DNA from: Bigelowiella natans CCMP2755
Lineage: Eukaryota > Protista > Cercozoa
DNA length: 64,000 bases
NCBI GenBank assembly: GCA_000320545.1
Contig: ADNK01001279.1
Location: 62,001 to 126,000 of the forward strand
Reading direction: 5' to 3'
In this document: piece by piece, positions 1-13,723 of the stretch
Numbering within the stretch: the stretch's first letter is position 1
How the letters are laid out: every line of letters begins with the position of its first letter
Program-made: the position numbers and the translations under genes
The notes under the pieces: generated by a model
Databases searched by the model: none
Told to the model about the DNA's origin: nothing
Seen by the model: only the letters and a program-made list of their open reading frames with translations

Positions 1-800
1 GGCCACGTCTGTCCGACGGTCCTGTGCACGGAGAAACAATGAAACAATCATGCAATGATGAGAAACTGCACTTCCAAAACGTTGCAAGACATCGAAAAAC
101 AATGGACATGCAATGCACAATGTGCATGTAATGCATAGTGCATTGCTGTGTCCATCATGAGTATACTCATGATAGACATGCAATGCACAATGCACACGCA
201 ATGTGTAGTGCATTGCTGTGTCCATCATGAAAACTGACAAAGAAAGACCAAGACGCGCGATCGCTCGCACGTGCGCTAGTGCGGGCGGCACGCCACGGGC
301 GCGCGGGCGCAATCGCGCGTACATCACCACCACAGCATTTGCAAACGTGAATGACATCATCCCAGAAACAAACAAAGCCAACTGGCCATGTGAGTGCTGT
401 GTCCGTAATGTTCTAGCATTGCACAGCTACATCAAGATGACTGTTGGAAAAATGCAATCATCAAATTACATCCGTCTCACAGCTGGTGCTGATGACTGTT
501 GAACAAATTTAATTGATTAATTACGTCCGTCTCACAGCTGTGTCACTCGTCGTCCATTGTTCTTGACTCATCTTGACCACTGCTGATGGATGGCAGATGT
601 AGCTGCCATTGCGCTAGTGTGTACACCCATAGATGATTACCGACATTGCATGCCTTACATCATATGCCCTATTTACAACGTGCAAGCATGTACCTTATTC
701 TGCTGCATCATTGTGCAATGTGCTAGCGATCGCATCAGTGCAAACAAATGTAATACGTCACGCTATGTGGTGTAGAGTCTAATCTCAAGTCTGCAAAATG
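1..800. repeat. Degenerate repeat island (TpA-poor, TG/CA-rich) containing a 70-bp-period tandem duplication (105-160/175-230) and two ends of the TACATCCGTCTCA TIR family (~420-481, ~505-537)
   Basis: Tandem copies GACATGCAATGCACAA...GTGCATTGCTGTGTCCATCATGA. The motif ttacatccgtctcac/ttacgtccgtctcac is shared with 33499, 34050, 34543, 35948 and 55921. The GC-rich block at 240-350 resembles 33800-33910. Confidence 0.75.
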
Positions 801-1003
801 TCGCACTCATACAGGATCATAACGGCAGCTATGCACGCAATGAGTCAAGCTTTCGAAATGTTGGTCAACTCTAGAACTTAACTCGAACATTGGCATGCTT
901 CAGGATTCTGACCTCAATTCAATATGTACTACAAATTACATACGGCACGGGAACATATAACTAATGCAAGATCCTAGTACAAGCGATCGTTGTTGCTAAG
1001 AAC

Positions 1004-1763
1004 CTAAGATAAGACATTCTTGACTCGTTTTGTTACTATATCTTTAGCTACAACGCGTGTGTCCAGGCTAAGTCGAAATCCCTTTGAAATATTTCTTGAA
1101 GCCTGCAAGAATTGGATTAATTATATGCGTCATCATTACAGACTGAAACATAAATGGGTTCCATGAGCGAGTACCAAGAAAAGAGCATGCAAACCAATAA
1201 AGGGTGCTATTTGGGGTGTTATCATTTCCATACGCGATGTGAAATCAAAGAAGTGATAAATAGTACCGCATGCACAGTCTTTATGTTGAACATGATCAGA
1301 TCCCCAGGATTGATACGAGGCGCGAGCAGCCACTTCGGATTAACTGCTCTCTTGCCGTCATTGTTACTGTCATTGTTACTAAAATCATCGCAACTACTTC
1401 TATGGCGCTTCTTCCCTATCGTACTAACTTTCTTCTTCCGCGACTGACGATTTCTTCTAGTCCGAGCATGCTGTTTGTACTCTGCTGGAAGGAGACCTTT
1501 CATTTATGTGCGTGCATGTGTGCATGTGTGTGTGTGTGTGTCGTAGGATAGACGTTCAAAGAGAAGATCCATGTGGCAGATTGGCTGTATATCATGCGAT
1601 GAAACGCTAAATGTTGCGAAGGAATCATTATCGTCGCCACCGTAAGCAACAACAACAACAACAACAACAACCTAATATAAACACCACACCATTGATTGGA
1701 AGCTTGTATCCTTTGAGAAAATGTGTCCGGGGTTGAATGGCCAGCGTTCCCTGACATCATCAC

Positions 1764-1798
<35 letters not shown>

Positions 1799-2236
1799 AT
1801 AACAACAAAAACAGGATATAGGAAGACTGCATATGACTCAAGTCGAAGGTGGGCTATTGGTACTATTATTACCTGAGAAGGTTCTACTTGTCCAAGGGGT
1901 ATCCAGCACGTATACACAGGCAAAGCCTTCGTGTGATTATGGAAGAGAAGAAGGACGATATTATTAGAATCTCAGATTGCAAGAGAGAAGAGGGAGGATG
2001 GGATTTGAGGAGAAACAAAGAAACCATGACAAACACCACATTACTATCGTACCGCGTTCGCGCAGTCCCTGCAATGCCATTCCTGTAAATCAATTTAAAC
2101 TGTCATTATTCTATTTATTTTACGCGTATTTCTCATTTTGAGAATAGGAGCTCGAATCTGATCATCATTTGTTATCGCCGTCATTGTCGTTGTATTATCG
2201 GCTTGTGAACAACCCCACTGTTTTGTCCACGTCTTC

Positions 2237-2298
<62 letters not shown>

Positions 2299-2978
2299 TT
2301 CTCTCAGTATAATAATAACACTGACTCCCAGTCTTTTTTCCTTCCATGTAGTACACACACCTCTGTATCTGGAATATCTTTCAAGGGCGGGTCTAGACAT
2401 CTTTGATTCATCATCAATTTCGAAGTAAGGAGGGGGGGGAGTCCCATCAGAAGAGGTAGCAGCAGAGGCAGTAGGGCTACAGCATCATCATAGTGTTATA
2501 TGTAGATGTGCCGCACCATGCAGCAAGCGACAAACACAAGGATGATGAAGATAGAGAATGATAACTGATCATACCTTAAATGGAAGCTTCCTCTGCATAT
2601 ATCACATATAAGGAGATTTGCAGCGTCCTCTGTTCTCCCACATACCTGTATTGTAACGGTAATACTGGTGGTGTTGTCAAAAATATGATATGCTTGCCCT
2701 TTCATCCCACTCACTATAGACTCCCGCAGATTTGATGATTACTAATGTTCTGTCCTTCCCATCTCTTATCATCACCCCTCCCCCCCCATACGCACCTCGC
2801 AAGGTTGATATTTTCCACAATGTTCGCAGGCATATCCCTCGGGCCTTTCCGTGATAAAGGTGAGAGAGGGAGGGAGGGAGGAAGGGAGAGGGGGAGGGAA
2901 GAAGGATTTACCAAGGGCAGTAAAAGAAAAAGATGATGATTGCGCAGTAGTGAAAAAAACCAAGCATAAGAGAGAGAG

Positions 2979-3022
<44 letters not shown>

Positions 3023-3195
3023 TATTAATTAGTCATTCACAACTTTGGGATAAAGGGCATCATCATCATCATCATCATCATCATATTGTAAAATCACAAG
3101 AAGTGATGTGTTGATTATTGACTACCCATCGTCCTTCGTGTGATATTTCCTACCTAGTAATATAGTAGGGACAAACAAGACGATACGACCGACGG

Positions 3196-3236
<41 letters not shown>

Positions 3237-3315
3237 GTGATGATTGATTGATTTCTGTAACGACGGTGGTTAGGCCATGATGCACACAAATACACAAAAG
3301 AAAGAAAGAAAGTAA

Positions 3316-3350
<35 letters not shown>

Positions 3351-4149
3351 GGAAGAGGTAGGGAGGCATATCGAAAGAGAATTTATGGAAAATGAGCCTC
3401 CTAAAATTTACATACAAAGTCTCTTCTCAGCTGCCATGATATCATTTTCCTTGTTGCTCTTGAGCAATATGACACCCACCATCACGATCACATCATCAAC
3501 ATCCACAAAAGATACCAAAAGCGACAATATTAAATATGAATGCAAATGGGCACAACCGAAGAATATGATGCGGAATACTTACGTATGTGGAAAGGTGTCA
3601 TTCGAGTGGAGGGAACAACATGAACATAGCAAGAATGATGGTGATGGTGATAATGATGATAATGATGATAATGATGATGATGATGATGATGGGTATATTT
3701 TCTTACCTTAGGCTCGAGAGCTGTGTTCGTACCGTAAATATCCGTGTTTTTGTAAAAGTAGAAATAATCCACCTGAATATGTGCATCTCACTTCTCTATG
3801 TACATTGTCTTTGTCGTTTTGCTTTGAATGCATGCTGTCCCCCCCCTTCCCTCCCCTAGTTCCATAATTTACAAAGACGCCGCTGTGGACGATATTTATG
3901 TCGCTTTCTACTTCTCCTTTAACGTTGTGTTGTTGTTGTTGCTGCTGATGATGTTGTTCTTCTTCCTCCTCCCTTTTGACTATTTACATGTTCCGCTGTG
4001 AGCTCTCCACTTCCTTTAGCACGAAGCCATGTACAACCCGGTAGCAACCGGGATTGATGTCCTGCGACAGCAGTATTTGTAGTGATACATACCCTTTTCA
4101 TCTCATCGCCTCTCTCATATATTAAAAGGATATAAATATATGTGATAGT

Positions 4150-4182
<33 letters not shown>

Positions 4183-4932
4183 AAGTTGTAGTACCGAATA
4201 GTGATTTGCAGAAAGACCTGATCAGAGTGTATACCATTTTGTCAGTAGTGTTCTCCTTTTGACTTTGGTTCGATGATTGCAAATATAGTATGTGGTGTTG
4301 TACGGAGTTTGATATATGGTGAATAGTAATACTTGAGATCATGTCCGTTGTAGACGTCTGTGAGAGCAGTTGAGTTCCCAACTTCTCTCCACAATTTTAC
4401 GTCCTATTGTTCGTTATGATGATGAGGAAAAACAAAGCAGCAGTATCATCACCAGTAGTGCACGAATATAGCACGCACACACACAGGGAACTCATCATCA
4501 ACATAAAGAAGCAGCAGCTCACAACCAACTCTATTACCGAATCACGTTCGCCAACGACGCCCCCAGATTCTGCGTCCACACACCACCCTTCAATCTTCGG
4601 AAATGCGAAAAAAGCCTGTGACAGGTATCGAAGACGACGATAATTAGTAGTAGTAGGAGGAGGAGGAGGAGTTGTGTTACTCAACAAGGAGTTCATGTAA
4701 GAAAGCGTACTTTATCTTTAATATCCTGGCCATCAATCTCCAGCAAAGCTCCTTTTTTGGTAAGGGCTGATAGCATAGCTTCTCTAGCCCGCAATACCTG
4801 CAAATATGTATAAGAATAAGAACCTTTAGACGATGTGTGAGCAGGGCTACTATGGGCTTGTTATTGTATGCACCTTTTCAGACTTTATTACATTTCTGAC
4901 CCAAATGTAGCCATCCTCCTGTGTATGTGTAT

Positions 4933-4972
<40 letters not shown>

Positions 4973-5268
4973 ATACAATATTGTCAGTATTGAGTTGCAA
5001 GATATTTACGGATTACGAAGTAGGAATAGGTTAGTTGACCTCCAATCTCTTTGCGAGGCCTTCGAAATTCCCTTCCTATTGAAGGATGATGTAAAATGTA
5101 GCTGTCTGGGGAGGAGGTGACCAGGCTAATACGATGTACGACATTCAGTACTTCACAGACGACCTTATATAGTTCCGAGGAGTCTCTAGCTCCGGAGAAT
5201 CCTTTCCCTGCTCGCACCATCTCATTTCCGATCTTCAATCGACTTGGTAAGTTGTCGTGGGAACTCAT
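1004..5268 (-). CDS. PhyH-family (phytanoyl-CoA dioxygenase-like) 2OG/Fe(II) oxygenase with an internal PHD finger; multi-exon
   Basis: Spliced exons: MSSHDNLPSRLKIG..RDSSELYK|EGNFEGLAKRLE|EDGYIWVRNVIKSEK|VLRAREAMLSAL..|..TWLRAKGSGELTAEH|VDYFYF (HxD)..|PEGYACEHCGKYQPCE|VCGRTEDAANLLICDICRGSFHLR|CLDPPLKDIPDTE|EWHCRDCANA|ALPVYTCWIPLG..|GTLAIQPRTH..|..INPGDLIMFNIKTVHA|ASRNISKGFRLSLDTRV..*. GT-AG introns. Exons between ~2850 and 3700 are only partly resolved. Confidence 0.85.
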
Positions 5269-5499
5269 CGTGTGACCAAGCCGTTCCACCGCCACCACTG
5301 CTGAAATTTGGTACACTGTGCGAGCACAAGCAAACGGCTATGTGGCCATCGAGCTGGTGATCGTTCTCTGTCTGCTGCAAACCGATGATGTATTTGCATG
5401 GAAACACAGGCGGTATTCTTCCTGCGACAACACTAAAAGGATGGATATCGCAGAAAAAGGATAAAACACAATCAAATTGGCGGGCACTGATCCTTAGAG

Positions 5500-6460
5500 A
5501 GTCGGGCAATCAGCACGCGAATCCATTCGTTCATTCCTCAATGTTTCAATCTTTCTTGGCAACGCTCCAACAAACTCTTGCGAAGATTTGACTCGAGGTT
5601 CGATTGCACATGAGTGTTTGTGGGTGCATGCAAGTGTGGTGACTGCACAAGAGCAGCAAGGTTGCGATTTCAAACAGTCAATTTGAAACAGTCACGTGAA
5701 GCCGAACACTGGGAGCTGTTTTTTCCTGCTTTCGTGTTTCGGGCAATTCAGGCAATTTGCAAGTTGCCAAGAGCGATGATTTTCGCTGGGGTGCTCACCA
5801 ATGACACTTGTCTGTCGTCATCGAATCTCTGGTGGGAGGTTTTGAGCAGTTTCTCCTGCTCCTCCGTGCAGCAACGCCAGAACGTTGCACGCTGCATTGC
5901 CGGATTGCTGCCAAGTAGCTCACGCCTGGTTCTCGCCACGTTTTGGTGTTCACTTGGCTTCCTGAAGTTCTCAATGACGAAATTGATGACTCAGTCAATT
6001 CAAATTGAAATCCACCGCTTGAGCTTTGGCAACGTTTGCAAACTTGGCAGCATCGTGTTCGTGTTCCTCGCCAAAAAAACAACACTTCATCATGCATGCA
6101 TGCAGAGGGAAGATCACGCAATCATTGCGCGGAATGCGAATGTGCGTCGTCATGCAATTGATGCTGGAACGTCATGTTGGACGCTCTGCACAAAGGTCGC
6201 AGTTGGCCTTGGGCACATGCACATGTGAAGTTTGCTGCATGTCTCAATGAACAAACAAATGTGCGAATGCGCAGAGCAGTGTGTGGCATGTGACTTCACC
6301 TTTGCTGCTTTTTGCTAGAGTGTCGAAGGAAGGCGTTCATGGATGTGGGTTGCTCATGGCATTGACATAGCTACACATTCTCTCTTTTCGTTCAAATGCA
6401 CAGATGTTCCACCGAAAACATGATTGAAATGATGAGTGGCCATTCACGAGTGCATTCTCC
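5500..6460. repeat. TpA-erased island; decayed, probably coding-derived sequence (TE or gene remnant)
   Basis: In 5581-6360 I find only two TAs (aagTAgc, gcTAga) while CG is plentiful. The overlapping 204-aa ORF (5614-6228) has no Tyr and is Cys/His-rich. Confidence 0.7.
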
Positions 6461-7145
6461 TTTTAACTATATAACGACAGGAACTCTGTACCAACATCAC
6501 TATGTGATACATGCAGCCTGTAGCAGCTCTTGACGCTTACGAAACACAAAAGGTAGGATTCATGAGTTTGTTGACAAATCCAGTTGGTAATGACATACAG
6601 AAGGCACACAACTACGTGAAACTAACTCAAACTTGATTCATTATCTTTTTGATATTTTCTTGACTAAATCGGACAGTTTTCCTGGGAAATTTTTGGCACT
6701 CGCATTCCGTGGGTTCGATCCTCGAGCCTGAAAACGGGTTTTTATGAAAATCACAATATTAATTTCGTAAACTTCCATGATGAAATCTGTACTAATGTGC
6801 CAGCACCTGGTTCGTGAGAAGCCAAAAACGACCCGCTTCAAGATTTGAGCCAGCTGCTTTTTGCTCCTCTATGATGTGCACAATGAATTGACGCATGCAT
6901 CCACACATGTTTGCCACATCACAAATGCATTCGGAGACTAAACATACTTCTAATATTGAAAGTAATTTTCTTATATCTTTTTCACAGTTAATGAAGTAAA
7001 AATTTCAGTTGCTAACTTTTTTATGAATATTTTTCTTTCTTTTAAATATAAATATATATATATATATATATATATGTAGAATTATATAGTATGTGTGCGT
7101 GCGTGTGTTGTCACTTTGAAACAAATTCCGAAATTTTGGTTGTGA

Positions 7146-9765
7146 TTACCTTCGAAATTCACCATCGGGTAGTAAACATTTCCCTCGCGGAAATGGCAGA
7201 CCTATGTGATAAAGGTTGCCACACAACGAGACAACGTTCGGTACACATTACTTATGGAGTACAAGTTAAGCGAAAATGCTGTTGAAGTAAATGGCTGCTG
7301 CTGTGGCAAGGGCAGTAAATGCAGACAAGCATCTACCACTACTACTACTACAACTACTACTACTCAGGAGCATACAACAACAACAACAACAACAACTACA
7401 ACTAGGGGCTGGCAACCTGTACTGTGAGGATTCTGAAGAAGAGACTGTGTCCAACCTATAGTGTAGCTATTATTATTGCAGTGTTGCTGCAGCACTTACA
7501 ACGAAGACATGAGTTATTCTCATGATGTATCACCTCGTTCATTGTGCTTCCACAAATACTCCCATAATCGACTTGGATGCAACGCTCTTTAAACAGTCTC
7601 CTTACACACGAAAGCATGCACCTGTTTCAAAATATATTACTTCATTTTTCTATTAGAGATAGGCCTTTTGGGAAAACATGAAAAGCAATTATTTAAGAAG
7701 TGGGGATGGTGGAGTGTATTCCTCTTGTGCTTCAGGTCACTCTTCTAAGTCGATACTACTATTCGTATAGTACCTTGGTATCAGCTGCATATTTTCCATA
7801 TGATAAACCTGATAATTTTTCATCATACGTTTCATCATATTTTATTTGATTTGGTTGGTTCCTGTGATCGTAACGAGGAGACTCTGTCAACAATGGCCTT
7901 CTACATTTACTAACTTGAGGTTTGCCGTTCTCGAAAACGTTCTGATCGAATCGACTAAATTTTGTTTCTAAGAAATCAGTTATCGGCGAACCTGAGAATA
8001 ATTACATAAAAGGAAGAATGGCGATGGGGTAGTAGCTAGGAGGAATGGTAGTCGTTAAGAGGAATGTTGGATATTTATACCAATCATTGTATCCAAACGC
8101 ATGAGAAGAACAAATCTGTAGCTTGAGCTCGTGACGTTTTCGTGAGCAAAAATCATATTTATCGCTTCGACTATGACTCCATCTGCAGACGAATAACATT
8201 TTACATTTGGGAATGTTAGTCAAAATTGTAGCCACCGTCACCACCACCACCTCCTCCTCAACCAAATCCCCCGAACTAATGTTTGACTTTACTTCTCCGA
8301 TCCACAGATGTGACAGCATTTGTGGCTTTGGCTCGAACAAGCCCCTGATTCATTTAAGGACGTTTCCGAATAAGTTAATAATGCAGCCCATCGATATATT
8401 ACATTATATCCTCATCATAAAGATTAAATAACCATTCTCACGTGTAAGTTATGACAAGGAAATTATCAGCCAAATACCACGTACTAATCGAGAATGGAGG
8501 ATGACCTTTTCTGTAGGCATATTTTCACTATAGACTTTGAATGCTACTGGCGCGTACCTGATCAATGAGGAGGCACATCTTTACAAATACATAAATGAAA
8601 ATAGTGTGTATGATATGGGTGGATAACTACGTGAAGAAAGGTGAAGATAAAACCCATGAAGGAGGAAGCAGCCTCTTTCCCCCCATTGCCAAATATATAT
8701 TCAACAGATGACGGGTGGCTTTCTACCATGAGTGAAGGCTTTCAGTATAGCTTTGGTTGTTTTTATTGTAGCAAGGATACGGTATCAAGAAGATATCCAC
8801 GCTATAATCCAGCTTCTGACGAAATGTGGAATTGAAGGCGGAGTACCAACTTAAATTGAATGACAAGCCTGGTGCGTACGCGCGCGCGTGTGTGTATAAT
8901 TCTGAACATTAATATACCTGAAATTGGCTTAACACATTGGCTACATGAGACTGATAGACTGCCCGTTGAGCCTCAAAGCCATTTCTGTTGCAAGAGTACC
9001 TGACAACAAAAGAACAACATTGAACAACTATACCATGTGGAGATATATTCTTCGAATTAAAACTCATTTTCAACCCTACTCCGCCGCCAGTAGTCCCTGT
9101 TCGGAAAGCTCCACCGTATAGTGCAAATGCTACTGCTTTGTTCTCAGGGTTGTGTGCTGCACGGACACAATGTGCTCTGTAACAAGCCTCTTCGGATCTG
9201 GAAGGCGAAAATATCAGAATGAGATAATCTGTTCATATACAAACTGGTAAAATAGATATCACCTTATACGTTCTGCCAGACTGGGAAGGGAATGCGGCTC
9301 CTGCTGTTGGCCCTCCTCGTGTCCTCCTTCTCTTTCCTTGAAATTTAGATTTGATGTCGGACTTGAAGTTGGCAGTTCTAGGTGATAGTCCCTCCCCTGC
9401 TGCTCACCAGCTGGCGACGGTGGCGACGGTAAAGACGTCGACAATGATGATGATAATGATGATTCATTTCTGGTTGGCAATAAGTCCTGTGAACAACCCG
9501 CAGGATCGAAAGAAGAGGAAGAAGAACAAGTAGCGGACTTCTCACGACTGGAATTGAAAATCTTCAGACCCCTGGAACCCAAATTACGATTATCCTCGTA
9601 CGAAGAAATAAGGGGATCTTGGTCCAGGGGGGAATCGGAGAGTTGAAGGTCGCCACCAGAAGCGATCAGTCGGGTGGAGGCGGCGACAAGTGCAACCACG
9701 AAGATGATAGGTACTATGCACAATCCCTGCCATTTTGCCGTCTCCATCCAAGAGTTAACCTCCAT
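7146..9765 (-). CDS. Hypothetical type II membrane protein, glycosyltransferase-like architecture; multi-exon
   Basis: N-terminal TM (LCIVPIIFVVALVAA), a Ser/Pro-rich stem, then exons SEEACYRAHC..KAVAFALYGGAFRTG, GLVRAKATNAVTSVDRR|NGVIVEAINMIF..RFVLLMRLDTMI|GSPITDFLETKF with consistent phases. The 3' end (GLPFPRGKCLLPDGEFRR*) is tentative. Confidence 0.55.
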
Positions 9766-10270
9766 GGTTATTATTCTTCTTGTTATGACCCATACCCTCT
9801 TTCCAACAAGCACGCACGGGCTCCTCCTTCCCCCCCCCTCTTATCTTATCTTCCTCTTCCGAACGTCTGCTGAGTATGAATGTGGTAGTGGCGTTTTCCT
9901 CCTGCGACAAAGTGAAGTACTTTTGGAAATAGATGAGGTTTAATCGGTGCGACATGATGACACATCATTGCTCCTTATGATGATACTCCAAGGACGAGGA
10001 GGAGCAACAGGAGGAGGAGGAGGAGGAGAAGAAGGCAGAAGAAGAAGAAGAAGAAGAAGAAGACTAGATTGTGTGCTATGACCCGCTCTACATATTCTTC
10101 ACAATGCGGTGGTACGAGCGTCCAGTTCATCAGAAAAGAGAACATGCACAAATTAGCAGTAGACAAAAATTTCACAGCAGCTCAGGTTATCGCTTGATTG
10201 GAATCTTTTGATCTTAAGGTAGCTAGCTAGCTTGAAAGGGAAAAGGAAAGGAAGGTAACACCAGGATATT

Positions 10271-11727
10271 ATGACTACTACGATGGCGGACCAGGAATGT
10301 CCAAATTGTTTGGCAGTGGGAAGCTTCAAGGAAGACGATGGTGTATTCACGTGCCGTAGGTGCAAGCATCAGCTTGAGGCGATCAACCAGGTTGTTTTTC
10401 CATATAGACTAATATGAGGAGAAGGAGTCCAATTACTCCACTACTTGTATTATGATGTGTGCACAAAGCTTACTGAGCAATTAATCACAATCGTCGCCAA
10501 ATGCAGCATGAGGAATTCGATATGGCCTACGCTGGATTAACGACAAAAAGACAGAAGAAGGACAACGCATTAGCCACTCTAGCGAAGAGGAAAAGTGAGC
10601 AAGATGAGGAATGGCAAGTTAATGGAAAGCGAACACAGCTACTACTTCAAACTCTCAAATCGGCCGTGTTGGTGTTCGCAAACTCTCTGATCCAAAGATT
10701 ACGATGTACAAACGAGGTTAGTCAAATTCCTAGGAGATAAAAAATGGTAAATTGTAGTGAGAACTATTAATAATAGGGAGGCAATAGTAGTTCGACCGTT
10801 GTAGAGCGTCAAGAGTTTTGCCTTTTGCAAGATGTTGTTCATGTAAGGCTGTTTGCTAGACATACTCTTCCGATTCGCAACTTTGGCCATTTATGTTCGC
10901 AAATGATCTGTCTTGAAAAACCTGGCGGCAATCTACCTGTTATCTCGCATTTTTTACATGAGTAGATGTACGAGAACTTTATGTTGTTCGTGGTCATGCA
11001 TAACGTCGTCTCGCCTTAGGTGGCCAGTACCTCTGTTGCAATTTGGATTACTTTTTACCAAAAGCGACTCGGAAACAAGTAATAACATCTATTAGTCTTT
11101 GACATTCTTGGAAGGAAGACTTTCAATTAAAGCTAAGAAAGAGAATAGAAGCGTGATATGTTGCCTAAATGATAAGAAACTTGTAGTATGTGAGCATGAC
11201 AGCATCTTTGGGCACCACACGAAATACTCTACACAAAATGTTATAGGGTTAGTGGTGGTGATGGTGATGGTGATGATGTACGGCTATCTCTTTTGACCGC
11301 CCTCTCATCTTCAAATTTTCGGCCTCTACCAATAAGTTGGCAGGATGCGAAAAATATACGGTTTAGCTGCTCCAAAATCCCTTTTGTTGTGGAGGCCAGG
11401 GGGAAGCGGAAAAGGGTAGTATTCGTTGTAGTAGTACCTTATGATGATACGTTTCTACCAAGTGACTTTGGGGAGGAGGAGGAGGAGGAGGAGGAGGAGG
11501 AGGAGGCTTAAGTAATGACAATGGGGCACAACAATAAGAACCACTACCTTTCTCCAACGGCATATCCTATATTTATTAAATATCAAGGGCGAGTATCTCC
11601 AACTACATATCCTAATTTTGTAAATACGAAGGAAGACTATATTGCTTCGTTTCTCATTCATGCAATTACTACTGCTACTGCAACAATAAACCTCACTAAC
11701 AACTACTTGGAGTATTAGTAGTAGTAT

Positions 11728-11762
<35 letters not shown>

Positions 11763-12032
11763 ACTTGTACTTTTCCGTGCTGCGCTGTTGACTTGCAAGA
11801 AGGAGAAGAAGACCCAAGAACAGCAAGAAGAACAAGACCACGGGGGGGGAAAGAAGGACGGGCAGCACCAGCAGCAGCAAGAAAAAGAAGCAGCAGCAAC
11901 AGCTAAAGCAGTAGATGCACGTGGTGTTCCCATTATGACTGATACATCTTTCTCGGTTGTTCCGAAACTACATTATGCCCATACCCTCGCCGCCGTTTAT
12001 TTGAGGTTAGTTCGTAACACGCATTAGTTGAA

Positions 12033-12067
<35 letters not shown>

Positions 12068-12183
12068 AAAGGCAGCACATGTACATACTACCCAACGACA
12101 ACAATTATGGATGATAATAACGAAGGTGATGATGGGGCGATGAATTGACGACGATGCTGTGTACTACTACTACTTATTATTAC

Positions 12184-12216
<33 letters not shown>

Positions 12217-12334
12217 AATCATTATTATGTTTTTATAACATAATAGTTGTCGTATATGGAGAGTAGCTGTGACCCAAGCTGATATATGGAGAATGACATG
12301 CGAAGGAAAAATACCATACTTCAATATTATGCCG

Positions 12335-12377
<43 letters not shown>

Positions 12378-13657
12378 AATGTACATCAAAGATTTTGTGC
12401 AATTGTTGCACCGTATCATAGTTGAAGAATTATAGATAAATGTAATCTTTTCTGTATGAATTCCTTTTTGGAGTGAGTTAGACTTCGATGATTGCTCTTA
12501 TATGGCATCCTCAGTAGTGTTTGCTGAAATTATCTGTTTATTCGCAGCGCCCACCCACTGAACTGCCGTTGTCCCTTTTTTGCACGATAAACATATAATA
12601 CGATCACAAAACTTCGCGAACATTCATCGATTTATCGGTTGATACAGTTGACTTGTATGTTCGTTTCCACTTGTTGTTCTACCGCACACTTCGTATTCCT
12701 CCCACGTGCATTATGTCAGAAATTGGATCCGTCTACACGCGAGGCTCTTCACCAATCGAAATTAGACCGCATATTCTCTTTTGTTCACGAAATGCCAACG
12801 TGAGATATAAGAATGCTGCTACTGCTGCTGATGATGATTATGATATATTCCTGATCTAACATAATCGATGCAGTATATACACTCATGATTGTGTCGTGGC
12901 ATGTCTATTTCTATTGATGTTCAGATTCCAGCGGTTCTCAACAATGATTGTGGGTGAGGTGCGAAAAGGCCTACCACCGTTGGCTGTCGTCCCAAACTTA
13001 AATACTCCAGCTCTATGTGAGTGAGTCAGTCTATCACTGAGTTCGGAAAATAAATGCTATAATAAAAATAAAGTTTAGTATTTAATCCTCAGTATATCAG
13101 TATCTGTCTTCTTCTTCATCATAATCATCATCAAGATAATCACAAACACGCAATGCGAATCAGCCCAAGTGTTGGAACTTTTATTTTTTACTTAATCTCA
13201 TACATCGGTTACTAAGTCACCACTTCTAATTCTTTCGTTTTGATCGTTCTGTTGTCTCATCGTCGACTTCTGCATCATCAGCATCATCATCAACAGCATT
13301 CTCATACTACTTATCCTCACCATATAAGTGCTTAGGTGGACGAGATGTCTTGCCCTTCCTAATCAGATCGCTACGGTGGCACTGCGAATCCGCCGCAGTA
13401 TCCTCAACAGAACAGCTGAACGTAATAAACGGAAAAGGGCTGGGCAGAGGAAGAATGGGAGGAGGAAGAAGAGACGCCAAGGGGGGGGAAGAGAAGAAGA
13501 TTACCACAGAGACCATGACAAAGGAATAGGCATACAGTTGCAGCAACAGTCGAATGATGATGACGACAACAACGGAGACGATGATGAAGATGATCATATA
13601 GAAGAAAAGGGTAAGCAGTGCGTGATACTGTGCGTGAACAGCCGTAGGCGTAAGTAA

Positions 13658-13723
<66 letters not shown>

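Noticed and set aside
1-800. CpG-methylation decay or fungal RIP as the cause of TG/CA richness
   Set aside because: CG is abundant in the islands and TA, the RIP product, is the missing dinucleotide.
5614-6250. Long overlapping ORFs here and at 38535-39621 and 51512-52874
   Set aside because: They are explained by loss of TAA/TAG stops in TpA-erased DNA; Tyr-free and without recognisable domains.
6700-6730. GGTTCGATCC, tRNA T-loop/B-box-like
   Set aside because: The T-stem pairs poorly and I could not fold an acceptor stem, D arm or anticodon arm.
7190-9700. A plus-strand multi-exon gene
   Set aside because: Plus-strand frames contain stops; minus-strand exons join in phase and read as protein.
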